A DNA stretch of 64,000 bases from Eutreptiella sp. 'Long Island Sound 2002'. Lineage: Eukaryota; Protista; Euglenida. A model generated the notes under the pieces. The model did not search any database and was not told where the DNA came from. It saw only the letters and a program-made list of their open reading frames with translations. Both the position numbers and the translations under genes were made by a program. Below are positions 1-11,800 of this stretch, piece by piece. The DNA lies in the NCBI GenBank assembly GCA_964036045.1, contig OZ038378.1, forward strand, positions 189,100,001 to 189,164,000. Reading direction: 5' to 3'. Within the stretch, counting starts at the first letter, position 1. Each line of letters starts with the position of its first letter.

Positions 1-439
1 CCGATTGCTTATTTTGGCCATTGGATGGTCAAGAGGTCACACCAAACACTGGAAGGCAATAATGTTAAGGACATTCCTTCTTTTTTGGTCAACCCCGCTG
101 TCGCTTGGACGCAAGTACGTGCCACATTGCCATCCACACAGATTCATAACATTTCACACGCGTTGCTTGCAAACACAATTTTGCCGAGTTAAGGAGGGTG
201 CTGGAATGGAATGTGGTTATCCACAAACAGAAGCATGAGGGCAAGTATGATGAGAAACATTGGAGGCAAAAACTGCCCTATCGCCGACTCCTTGGTACAG
301 TTGGTACGAACCCGTCCCCAAATGTAGAGGAGGAAATGCAACCACAAGTGAACACCATTGAGAGAGTCATCATTGATGCCCTGAACATGTCTAGATTAGG
401 CTTAGCTGCCCTGATCGACGAAGCACCAAGGTCTGAAGG

Positions 440-1290
440 TTCGTCACTCACTAATCCAGCGGTACAATGGTCCCAGCGGCCCCAGACCGCGACCTGGCAA
501 ATGGAGGCACCAACGGACCACATTACCCGGGCCCCTGCCCTCCACCACACATGCCACCGCGCCCCCTTAAAGGGGGATCCGTTAAGTAGCCGTTGCATGC
601 CCTTCTCGAGCTGCTGCTTTGACCAGGCCGGCTCGTCCTGCGCCCCGGACTCTGGGTAGTAGCACGCGAGCCACTGCAACCACTCCCGCGTGAGCTCTGT
701 GAGCGAACGCTGTTGCCACGCCCGCCGAGTCTTTCAGTCGAAGAACTTGACCGCGTCGTCCACCACCGCCCATCGCTACAGGTTGGTTGCCTCTCCATCT
801 CGCAGGAAGAGCTGGAATGAGACCACCGCCAGTCCCACCACGGCCTAGTTGTCCCTGCCACTAGCCTTTGCCGCTATCTATAGCAGCGTGACCGGTGATC
901 CCCAGATACGCTCCTTGGCCGCCGATCGTGTCTTCTTGGCCGCCTTGACGGACCTCCCGACCGTGGCAGGTATGCTAGCGCCCGCAAACCGCACTTCCAC
1001 CGCCACAGTGGCCGTGCTGATGGTTCCCTTGGGCGTGCTCTCCGACTTTCCCAGTCTGGTAGACTACAGCAATGTTAGCTCGAGCACCTGGATACACACA
1101 AGCACAAGGACCCGTTCCGCTATGTCGTGCAGAAACCGGCGCTCCACCGCGACCAACCGTCCAAGGTGGCACTTCTACGTCCCCGGACACGAATCCTCCC
1201 ATCCCAGCAAAATGAACGTCTGCCAGCTGTGAAGAGCGTCTTGTCGCCGCAGTCGCTCGAACTTGTTGAGAGCACACTCTCAGGTGCGAG
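440..1290 (-). pseudogene. Tyrosine recombinase pseudogene
   Basis: Hand translation through stops: ...AKERIWGSPVTLL*...FQLFLRDGEA (catalytic R box)...FFD*KTRR (K)...WHVWWRAGA (H-x-x-R)...VWGRW; at least 5 in-frame stops. Confidence 0.75.
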
Positions 1291-2025
1291 CACCCTGTCC
1301 ACTTGCGGCGCACCTCCGTAGCCCCCCCCCCTTCGACCCCAGCCGCCGGGGGCCCCCTTCCATTCAGTCGCTTTCAGTGGGCACTGGAACCACCAGTGCT
1401 TGACCCGGCAGACGCCGGAGGGATACCGCGGCGGCTTGCCTGTCTTGAGTACCTTGACCCCTTTTGATTCATACGTTTCATCCGGCGTCCCCATGTTGGT
1501 GAACCTGTCCTTCACGCGTTCACGCCGCTTGTCTTGCACGTGCTGTGGGGCCACCTTCCCGGGTTTTGGCTTGTCCGCGGGTTTGGTCTCCGAGGGCCCA
1601 GGCCTTGATGGATTTTGTTGCTCGTGCGCTCCACCTAGTTGGAGTTGCACTTCCTCCTTCTCGACTTCGAACAGTACGTGGGACCACACCTCTAACAGGG
1701 CACCAACGGCCGCTTCGTACTCGGAGTCCAACATGCTCTGGACATTGTAAAATGCCCAATTCGCCATCACCCCTGCCAGCGCCCGGGCCGAGTCAGGCTT
1801 CGTTTCATTCGCTCGCAGTTCTTGGCCTGCCTCCGACACAAATACCCCCTTGCGCAGCTGCAGCCCCGCTTTGGCAGCTCTCAGCTTTTGTATCTGCTTC
1901 TTTATGATGATTTTCATGGCTTCCATCTCTTGCCTCATACGCTCCAGGTCCGCTGCCACCGTCTTGTCCTTTGGGGAGTCGCCTGCGGCTGAACTGGCCA
2001 TCAAACTACAAATGGTGTATACCAT
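1120..2025 (-). CDS. Gag-like ORF1 of the YR retroelement
   Basis: 301-aa ORF with coiled-coil-like N-terminus, PPRYPSGVCRVKHWWFQCP (degenerate Zn knuckle, first Cys read as Ser) and a Gly/Arg-rich tail directly before the recombinase. Confidence 0.55.
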   Translation of the reverse strand: MVYTICSLMASSAAGDSPKDKTVAADLERMRQEMEAMKIIIKKQIQKLRAAKAGLQLRKGVFVSEAGQELRANETKPDSARALAGVMANWAFYNVQSMLDSEYEAAVGALLEVWSHVLFEVEKEEVQLQLGGAHEQQNPSRPGPSETKPADKPKPGKVAPQHVQDKRRERVKDRFTNMGTPDETYESKGVKVLKTGKPPRYPSGVCRVKHWWFQCPLKATEWKGAPGGWGRRGGGYGGAPQVDRVLAPESVLSTSSSDCGDKTLFTAGRRSFCWDGRIRVRGRRSATLDGWSRWSAGFCTT

Positions 2026-2489
2026 GGACTGAGCTCTAAAAAGCTGTGCAACTCAAAATCTTTCGAATTGAAGGACATGCAGCAAACTAGGCAGACAACT
2101 GTGGAATATCAAGTAAAGGCACTCTGCGGGTGGGGGGGGGGGGGGGCAACGTGCAGAATGATAGAAAAACCTATCATTGCAAAGAACATCAAGAGCACTG
2201 CAATGAACACCTTTGATTTCCTGGTTCGGTCTAGACAAATCCCAATCAGTGAAATGCATAAAATGTCAATCAATAAACTGGCCAAGCGGCTACTGAACGC
2301 GGCGACCCTGCAGCTGAACACTGACAGACTGGTGGCTGCGGCAAAGGAGCTGGAAGTCGACGTCGTGGAGCTAGCGGACAGACTTCGGCAGAAGTACGAG
2401 CAATACGTGGCCTTCGGGTCAGTGCACAAGCGCACCTTCAACTGGAACGACTGCACGTTCTACATGTCCACAGAGCACGCGCAAGCGGC

Positions 2490-4450
2490 AACGGGAAGCG
2501 GATACCCCGAAAAGGGACACGGGGACGTGCATGGTGCCGCTGATGCCCAGTCCTCCATGCTGATAAGCCTGAAACTTGACCGCGACGGAGGTGGTGTTTG
2601 CCCCGTTACTGTCGGGGCACAGGGTGGCCCCTTTAATGGGGATCCTCTACAAGAGAATGTGGTGGCCTGCGCAGATCACGCGCACCCCAGGCACAGCCTA
2701 GACCGTCACACAGGCCATCTGGGAGCACACGGGGAGACCCTGTGCTATTGGTCCGCTGGGCCGCGCCCTGCATGACTTCCGTAGACTCGGATGGAGCAGC
2801 CTGCGGGGGTGGTGGAGCAGGACAATGCCGCATACGGGAATCTCAGTACACCTCGTGCATGCGTCTAAGGAATATATGGAGCACCTGTTTCGGGAATCCT
2901 TGAGGGAGTACCACTTGGAGGCGATGGAGAAGCGTAGGCCCAGATTCTTTGGCGGCATGGGGGCCCACCTCGACGAGGACCTAACCCTGAGCGAACTGGC
3001 ACTGTGCGCCACGGAGCTGGACAAGTTGCTGCTTCGGGGGGTGATGGCGGGGGCTGTGTGGACTGCGGAGCGAGCACATCGACGAGGACTTTGCTAGAGT
3101 GCCCGCTGCCCCTATTGCGACAAGCAATCCCGAGAGGCTGAGGACCACCTCTTGTGGTGGTGTGAGGCCTGGAAAGCTGCCAAGGATCCATTCCTGCCAG
3201 AACTCATGCTGCTGGCGCGACCTCTCAAGCTGGGAGCACTGTTAGAATGGCCCCCGTGCCTTCGGTTTTGTGGACTATTGCCGGAGGTGGTGGTGAAGCA
3301 CAGTGCCCTGGCGTAGGGGCCAGGATGGAAGGAACACTGTCAGGAGATGAACAGGGTCTCAGGACACTGGGTCCCGGAACCGGGGGAAGACCCCACAGAG
3401 GCGTGTTGGCAGCGGGCGGAGCTGGCCCTAGCGGGACATCAATGGGCTCACGACGACCAAAATCCGCTGGAGGACTTTGTGCATCACCTGCACCGCATGT
3501 TCTTGGCGGTACTGCGAGCCAGAATGCAGCGAGAGGAGGAGGCTTGCCTCCTGTTTCCGGTGGAGCAACGTAAGGGGTCCCAGGAATGCTATCCATGGCA
3601 TCAATTGCAACCGCCCTTCCCAAGGCCGTGTCCAACGGGTTCGCTAGAGCTGGGACAGCTGCCCATGGACTAGAAATGGGGGCCCGACTTTTTGCCGGCC
3701 ATGTTGCGCTGGCTCTCGGAGCTGCAATGGCTACCAAGGGACGACAGCTTGCCGGAAATGCACCGACAAGTGTCTTTTCTGGAGTTGGCACTGGGTTTTG
3801 AGTCACATGCAAGGAGGCCTCTCCCACCCACCCTGCAGACCAGGTTCGTGGGTGGGGAGACGTCCCTGCAAGAAAAAGCCCGAGTCATGTAGTTGGCCGC
3901 CGGCTTGCTGGGGAGAGCGGCAGGGCGGGAGTCCATTCTCCCGTCGGGCTTCACCAATAGATGTTGGTCCCTGGTCCCGCTGGGGGCGGGCACCACGGCG
4001 GGAGTGAAGGGCAGGCCCATCTTCACAAGGCCGGCGGCAGTGTGGCACCACGTGCGGTGCTTGCAGCAATATAGCGCAACACGGTGGGCCCGCCAGCAGC
4101 AACCAAGAGTGACAGAAGCGCACCAGGCCACGGAAAGAGAGGTGCCCATGCAAAGGAGGAGCGAAGCGATCGGCGGGAGCGTACACAAGCGATTTTTATG
4201 CGGCCCGGTGATGCCGCCGGGAGCCAGAAGAGGCCCGCAGTACCGGGTGACCGACGCGGGGGACGCCACATCGGAGGCAGTAGGGAGCGGTGGGGCGGCG
4301 TTGTTTACCCCGCCACTGAAGTGCGCAATAGCAAGACGCCCTGAGCAGCGACCTCGGCTTCTACGCCTCTTGGTCTACGCGGCACACCAACACAGACAAT
4401 GTGCGTCCTGTGCGGCGGTGGGTAGGGGGGTACGGCAGGATTGTGTATAG
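2490..4450 (+). mobile_element. 5'-truncated, decayed non-LTR retrotransposon (LINE) ORF2 C-terminal region
   Basis: Read through stops: ...GPLGRALHDFRRLGW...RGVMAGAVWTAERAHRRGLC*SARCPYCDKQSREAEDHLLWWCEAW (zf-RVT-like CxxC..H..C knuckle at ~3107-3165)...VSFLELALGFE...QDCV*. Confidence 0.7.
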
Positions 4451-4861
4451 CGACCTTGTGGGCTATCAGACATCAGACATCAGACTTTTATGGACCGTCA
4501 TTACCCAAACCATAAACACACCTCCCCCATCCCCCCTTGTGGTGTAGTACACCCTCTCCCCCAATGGAAGATGCCCCCCCCCCCCCTTGTGGCCCTTCCC
4601 TAGTCCTTCCACCCCCCCCCCCCCCCCCCACTCATGAGTGCTTTCTTGCATCAGGAAGTATGGAAAATGATTCGGAAAATACCCCCCGCTTGGTGTTGTG
4701 TGTTTGTGTGTAGGAAGCATGGAAACTGCACCCACTCACTACACTCCTCGAGGTGTAGATTTTCGTTCTGTGGCCTCAACCCCAGCGTTGTAGGGCCATC
4801 ACACACCATTGCAAAGTAAACCAACAGATTTGCCGCATTTATAAGCATATGTCCTCCCACA

Positions 4862-4883
4862 GACACACACACACACACACACA

Positions 4884-4921
<38 letters not shown>

Positions 4922-4940
4922 GCGCACACGCACGCACACG
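4862..4940. repeat. (CA)n microsatellite
   Basis: Direct reading. Confidence 0.95.
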
Positions 4941-5254
4941 TTGACATAGCGTAGGCAATGTGGGGGTGCCCTTGCTTCAAGCCTTGGTATGGGGGGGGGT
5001 GGGGGTGCCTCTCCTTTCTTTACATGTTTTTCACCGGGGAGGGGGGAGACTTGAGAGAACTGCCGGGGGGGGGGGGCAGTTTAGTCACGGGGTTGGGAGG
5101 GTGTTCTTTTCTTTGTCTCACAGTTGTTTCTTTTCATGCAAAAAAACTGACAACAATAAAAATAATCATTTCACAAGTTGCAGGTGTGCCATGCCATGCT
5201 GTGCCGTGTTGTGGTGTGTCTCTGTAGGTCCCCGTAGGTCCGAAGCCGGTTAGA

Positions 5255-6135
5255 AGCCGCCCCAATCAATTTCGTAGCCCCCTCCCATCAATTTCATAGC
5301 CCCCCCCCATCGATTTCATAGCCCCCCCATCAATTTCATATGCCCCCCCTATCAATTTCATAGCCCCCTCCCATCCATTTCATAGCCCCCCCCACATGCA
5401 TTTCATAGCCCCCCCCTATCAATTTCATAGCCCCCTCCCATCCATTTCATGGCCCCTCCCGCATCAATTTCATAGCCCCCCCCATCAATTTCATAGCCCC
5501 CCCCCATCAATTTCATAGCACCCCCTCCATCAATTTCATAGCCCCTCCCCCATCAATTTCATAGCACACCCCCCATGAATTTCATAGCCCCCCCATCAAT
5601 TTCATATGCCCCCCTATCAATTTCATAGCCCCCCCCCATCAATTTCATAGCCCCCCCCGCTATCAATTTCATAGCCCTACCCCCCATCAATTTCATAGCC
5701 CCACCCCCATCAATTTCATAGGTCCCCCCATTCAATTTCATAGCCCCCCCCCCCCATCGATTTCATAGCCCCCTGCCCTATCAATTTCATAGCCCCTCCC
5801 CCATCAATTTCATAGCCCCCCCCCCATCCATTTCATAGCCCCCCCATCAATTTCATATGTGCCCCTATCAATTTCATAGCCCCCCCCCCCATCCATTACA
5901 TAGCCCCCCCTCCCCCCTATCGATTTCATAGCCCCTACCCCCCATCAATTTCATAGCCCCACCCCCATCAATTTCATAGGTTCCCCCCATTCAATTTCAC
6001 AGCCCCCCTCCATCAATTTCATAGCCCCCTGCCCTATCAATTTCATAAACCCCCCCTTATCAATTTCATAGCCCCCCCGCCCCCCAATCGATTTCATAGC
6101 CCCCCCCCCCCCTCGACTTCATAGCCCCCCCCCAT
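5255..6135 (+). repeat. Minisatellite, core ATCAATTTCATAGC plus variable poly-C (20-26 bp, ~40 copies)
   Basis: Direct reading. Confidence 0.95.
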
Positions 6136-6139
6136 TGAT

Positions 6140-7420
6140 TCACAGAGGGGTGTAGACCCCTCTTAGGAATTGGCGCGTGGGCACGCGCCAATTCCTAGAG
6201 GGGTGTAGCCCCTGTTAGGAATTGGCGTGTGGGCACGCGCTGATTCCTAGGGGGGTCTTATTTGGGGGGTCTAGACCCCCCAGATGATTGACGCATGGGC
6301 ATGTGTCAAATAATTGACGCATGGGCATGCGTCAAATATTTTGGGGGTTCTACACCCCCCAAATAATTGACGCATGGGCATGTGTCAATTATTTCGGGGG
6401 TCTACACCCCTCAAATAATTGACGCATGGGCATGCCTCAAACATTTTGGGGGTCTAGACCCCCCAAATGATTGACGCATGGGCATGCGTCAATTATTTTG
6501 GGAGTCTACACCCCCCAAATAATTGACGCATGGGCATGCGTCAATTATTTTGGGGGTGTAGACCCCCCTAGGAATTGACGCATGGGCATGCGTCATACAA
6601 TTGACGCATGGGCATGCGTCAATTATTTTGGGGGTCTAGACCCCTCAAATAATTGACGCACAGGCATGCGTCACCTATTTTCGGGGTCTAGACCCCCCAA
6701 ATAATTGACGCATGGGCATGCGTCAATTCCTATGGGGGTCTAGATCCCTCAAATAATTAACGGATGGGCATGTGTCAATTATTTTGGGGGTCTAGACCCC
6801 CATAGGAATTGACGCATGGGCATGTGTCAATTATTTTTGGGGTCTAGACCCCCCTAGGAATTGACGCATGGGCATGCGTCAAATAATTGACGCATGGGCA
6901 TGCGTCAATTATTTGGGGGGTCTAGACCCCCATAGGAATTGACGCATGGGCACGCGTCAATTATTTTGGGGGTCTACACCCCCCAGATAATGCGTCGATT
7001 GATCCATATGCGTCAATTCCTATGGGTGTCTAGACCCCCAACATAATTGACGCATGCCTATGCGTCAATTATCTGGGCGGTGTAGACCCCCAAAATAATT
7101 GATGCATGCCCATGCGTCAATTTTTTGACGCATGCCCATGCGTCAATTCCTACGGGGGTCTAGACCCCCCAAATAATTGACGCATGCCCATGCGTCAATT
7201 ATTTAACGCATGCCCATGCGTCAATTTCTAGGGGGGTCTAGACCCCCAAAATAATTGACGCATCCATGTGCGTCAACTATCTGGGGGGTGTAGACCCCCA
7301 AAATAATTGACGCATGCCCATGCGTCAATTATTTGACGCATGCCCATGCGTCAATTATCTGGGGGGTCTAGACCCCCAAAATAATTGATGCATCCATATG
7401 CGTCAATTATCTGGGGGGTC
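6140..7420. repeat. Palindrome-rich minisatellite (AATTGACGCATGGGCATGCGTCAATT alternating with GGGGTCTAGACCCC) whose orientation flips near 6995
   Basis: Loops read GGG left of ~6995 and CCC right of it. Confidence 0.9.
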
Positions 7421-8010
7421 ATTTGGGGACCCATGGGCACCTTTGGGGACCCATGGGCACCTTTGGGGGCCTACGGGAGCCTATGGGGGCCTATGGGGAC
7501 CTATGGGGACCTTTGGGCACCTTTGGGGACCTATGGGGGCCTATGGGGACCTATGGGGACCCCTGGGAATCTATGGGACCTATGGGGGCTTGTGGGGGCC
7601 CATGGGGGCCCATGGCGACCTATGGGGGCCTATTGGCACCTTTGGGGACCTATGGGGACCCATGGGCATCTTTGGGGACCCCTGGGAATCTATGCGACCT
7701 ATGGGGGCTTGTGGGGACCTATGGGGACCTATGGGTACCTTTGGGGACCTATGGGCACCTTTGGGGACCTATGGGGGCCTATGGGGACTCATTGGCATCT
7801 AGGGGGACCTTTTGGGACCTATGGGCACCTTTGGGGACCCATGGGCACCTTTGGGGGCCTATGGGGGCCTATGGGGGCCTATGGGGACCTATCGGGGCCT
7901 ATGGGGGCCTTTGGGGACCTATGGGGGCCTATGGGGGCCTACGGGGGCCTATTGGCACCTTTGGGGACCTATGGGCACCTTTGGGGGCCTATGGGGACCT
8001 ATGGGCATCT
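7420..8010 (+). repeat. 10-bp minisatellite (CTATGGGGAC / CTTTGGGCAC variants)
   Basis: Direct reading; it produces the Gly/Pro/Trp-rich ORFs in all three frames. Confidence 0.95.
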
Positions 8011-8296
8011 TTTTTTTTTTGCCACTTTCCCTGCTCACACATTTTCCCCATTTTCCCATTTTGGTGTTCAAAGTCTTTTTTACTTTTGTACTGCCATGTT
8101 TCTGATTGTCCAAGGTGGTTCCCCAATGATTTTTCAATTGTGTCCTCCCTTTTTGTTTTTTTCATTGGGGGGGGGGGGCAGATTTGATTTGGGCATAGTT
8201 TATTCCAAGTTCCTCTAGGCATTAGACCCCAGACCCACCTCCAATAGACAAGAATATCAGACATCTTCTTGGACAGACCGCACACACAACATCCCT

Positions 8297-8476
8297 TATC
8301 AGACATCAGACATCATACTTTATACACAATCCTGGGGTACGGCACTACTGTACCAGGGGGCACACCGGGCATCCTCGGCCTTCCGTGGCCTTGCACGGTC
8401 CGCGTGGTAGTCACGTCGGACGGCAGCGGGTACCCCGGGGGCTGGGGGCACACCGTCAGCAAAGCGACGTAGACAC
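8297..8476 (-). mobile_element. 3' end of a LINE related to the 2490-4450 copy; interrupted by the Mutator-like element and probably continuing after 14851
   Basis: Minus strand ends CAGGATTGTGTATA (QDCV*) like 4436-4449, then (GATGTCT)n tail. Confidence 0.55.
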
Positions 8477-8832
8477 GGGTCTGTAGTGAAACCTAGTAAA
8501 AATTTTTTTTTAAAAAGTTTTTTTTTTACTGGGTAACAGTTTACTAGGTAACACGTTTTTTTACTAGGTATTGGGAACCTAGTAAAAAAAAAATTTTTTT
8601 TTTTACTAGGTTTCAAAACCTAGTAAAAAAAATTTTTTTTTTTACTAGGTTTTCAAACCTAGTAAAAAAAAAAGTTTTTTTTTTACTTGGTTTCAAAACC
8701 TAGTAAAATTTTTTTTTTCTTTACTAGGTTTTCAAACCTAGTAAAAAAAAAAGTTTTTGTTTTTACTAGGTTTCAGAACCTAGTAAAAACAAAAATTTTT
8801 TTTAATAATGGGTTAATAATAATTAATAATTA

Positions 8833-11800
8833 AGGTAGCCACCTTGCCCACTTGTGGGCCACTTCTGATTTTGCCCCCCGCTCTGCAGCGGTGGGGCTCC
8901 CCGATACGGCAGGGGTGAGGTAGCCTATTTGCCCACTTGTGGGCCACTTCTGATTCTTCCCCCCGCTCTGCAGCGGTGGGGCTCCCCGATACGGCAGGGG
9001 TGAGGTAGCCACTTTGCCCACTTGTGGGCCACTTCTGATTTTGCCCCCCGCTCTGCAGCGGTGGGGCTCCCCGATACGGCAGGGGTGAGGTAGCCACTTC
9101 GCCCACTTGTGGGCCACTTCTGATTTTGCCCCCCGCTCTGCAGCGGTGGGGCTCCCCGATACGGCAGGGGTGAGGTAGCCACTTCGCCCACTTGTGGGCC
9201 ACTTCTGATTTTGCCCCCCGCTCTGCAGTGGTGGGGCTCCCCGATACGGCAGGGGTGAGGTAGCCAATTTGCCCACTTGTGGGCCACTTCTGATTCTGCC
9301 CCCCGCTCTGCAGCGGTGGGGCTCCCCGATACGGCAGGGGTGAGGTAGCCAATTTGCCCACTTGTGGGCCACTTCTGATTCTGCCCCCCGCTCTGCAGCG
9401 GTGGGGCTCCCCGATACGGCAGGGGTGAGGTAGCCACTTCGCCCACTTGTGGGCCACTTCTGATTTTGCCCCCCGCTCTGCAACGGTGGGGATCCCCGAT
9501 ACGGCAGGGGTGAGGTAGCCACTTCGCCCACTTGTGGGCCACTTCTGAATTTGCCCCCCGCTCTACAGCGGTGGGGCTCCCCGATACGGCAGGGGTGAGG
9601 TAGCCAATTTGCCCACTTGTGGGCCACTTCTGATTCTGCCCCCCGCTCTGCAGCGGTGGGGCTCCCCGATACGGCAGGGGTGAGGTAGCCACTTCGCCCA
9701 CTTGTGGGCCACTTCTGATTTTGCCCCCCGCTCTGCAGCGGTGGGGATCCCCGATACGGCAGGGGTGAGGTAGCCACTTCGCCCACTTGTGGGCCACTTC
9801 TGATTTTGCCCCCCGCTCTGCAGCGGTGGGGCTCCCCGATACGGCAGGGGTGAGGTAGCCACTTTGCCCCCTTGTGGGCCACTTCTGAACTTGCCCCCCG
9901 CTCTGCAGCGGTGGGGATCCCCGATACGGCAGGGGTGAGGTAGCCACTTTGCCCACTTGTGGGCCACTTCTGATTTTGCCCCCCGCTCTGCAGCGGTGGG
10001 GATCCCCGATACGGCAGGGGTGAGGTAGCCAATTTGCCCACTTGTGGGCCACTTCTGATTTTGCCCCCCGCTCTGCAGCGGTGGGGCTCCCCGATACGGC
10101 AGGGGTGAGGTAGCCACTTTGCCCACTTGTGGGCCACTTCTGATTTTGCCCCCCGCTCTGCAGCGGTGGGGCTCCCCGATACGGCAGGGGTGAGGTAGCC
10201 ACTTTGCCCACTTGTGGGCCACTTCTGATTTTGCCCCCCGCTCTGCAGCGGTGGGGCTCCCCGATACGGCAGGGGTGAGGTAGCCACTTCGCCCACTTGT
10301 GGGCCACTTCTGATTCTGCCCCCCGCTCTGCAGCGGTGGGGCTCCCCGATACGGCAGGGGTGAGGTAGCCACCTTGCCCACTTGTGGGCCACTTCTGATT
10401 TTGCCCCCCGCTCTGCAGCGGTGGGGATCCCCGATACGGCAGGGGTGAGGTAGCCACTTCGCCCACTTGTGGGCCACTTCTGATTTTGCCCCCCGCTCTG
10501 CAGCGGTGGGGCTCCCGGATACGGCAGGGGTGAGGTAGCCACTTTGCCCACTTGTGGGCCACTTCTGATTTTGCCCCCCGCTCTGCGGCGGTGGGGCTCC
10601 CCGATACGGCAGGGGTGAGGTAGCCACTTTGCCCACTTGTGGGCCACTTCTGATTTTGCCCCCCGCTCTGCAGCGGTGGGGCTCCCCGATACGGCACGGG
10701 TGAGGTAGCCACTTCGCCCACTTGTGGGCCACTTCTGATTCTTCCCCCCGCTCTGCAGCGGTGGGGCTCCCCGATACGGCAGGGGTGAGGTAGCCACCTT
10801 GCCCACTTGTGGGCCACTTCTGATTTTGCCCCCCGCTCTGCAGCGGTGGGGATCCCCGATACGGCAGGGGTGAGGTAGCCACTTCGCCCACTTGTGGGCC
10901 ACTTCTGATTCTTCCCCCCGCTCTGCAGCGGTGGGGCTCCCCGATACGGCAGGGGTGAGGTAGCCACTTTGCCCACTTGTGGGCCACTTCTGATTTTGCC
11001 CCCCGCTCTGCAGCGGTGGGGCTCCCCGATACGGCAGGGGTGAGGTAGCCACTTCGCCCACTTGTGGGCCACTTCTGATTTTGCCCCCCGCTCTGCAGCG
11101 GTGGGGCTCCCCGATACGGCAGGGGTGAGGTAGCCACTTTGCCCACTTGTGGGCCACTTCTGATTTTGCCCCCCGCTCTCCAGTGGTGGGGCTCCCCGAT
11201 ACGGCAGGGGTGAGGTAGCCACTTTGCCCACTTGTGGGCCACTTCTGATTCTGCCCCCCGCTCTGCAGCGGTGGGGGTCCCCGATACGGCAGGGGTGAGG
11301 TAGCCAATTTGCCCACTTGTGGGCCACTTCTGATTCTGCCGCCCGCTCTGCAGCGGTGGGGCTCCCCGATACGGCAGGGGTGAGGTAGCCACTTCGCCCA
11401 CTTGTGGGCCACTTCTGATTTTGCCCCCCGCTCTGCAGCGGTGGGGATCCCCGATACGGCAGGGGTGAGGTAGCCACTTCGCCCACTTGTGGGCCACTTC
11501 TGATTTTGCCCCCCCGCTCTGCAGCGGTGGGGATCCCCGATACGGCAGGGGTGAGGTAGCCAATTTGCCCACTTGTGGGCCACTTCTGATTCTGCCCCCC
11601 GCTCTGCAGCGGTGGGGCTCCCCGATACGGCAGGGGTGAGGTAGCCACTTCGCCCACTTGTGGGCCACTTCTGATTTTGCCCCCCGCTCTGCAGCGGTGG
11701 GGATCCCCGATACGGCGAGCGGGGGGCAAAATCAGAAGTGGCCCACAAGTGGGCAAAGTGGCTACCTCACCCCTGCCGTATCGGGGATCCCCACCGCTGC

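Larger units (their letters stand above)
440..2030 (-). mobile_element. Decayed tyrosine-recombinase retroelement (DIRS order; gag-like ORF then YR, as in VIPER/TATE), truncated after the recombinase
   Basis: Minus-strand gag-like ORF followed in another frame by a stop-interrupted tyrosine recombinase; no RT seen before an unrelated sequence begins near 430. Confidence 0.7.

Noticed and set aside
7385-8218. Gly/Pro/Trp-rich ORFs as collagen- or mucin-like proteins
   Set aside because: Products of a 10-bp minisatellite, similar in all three frames
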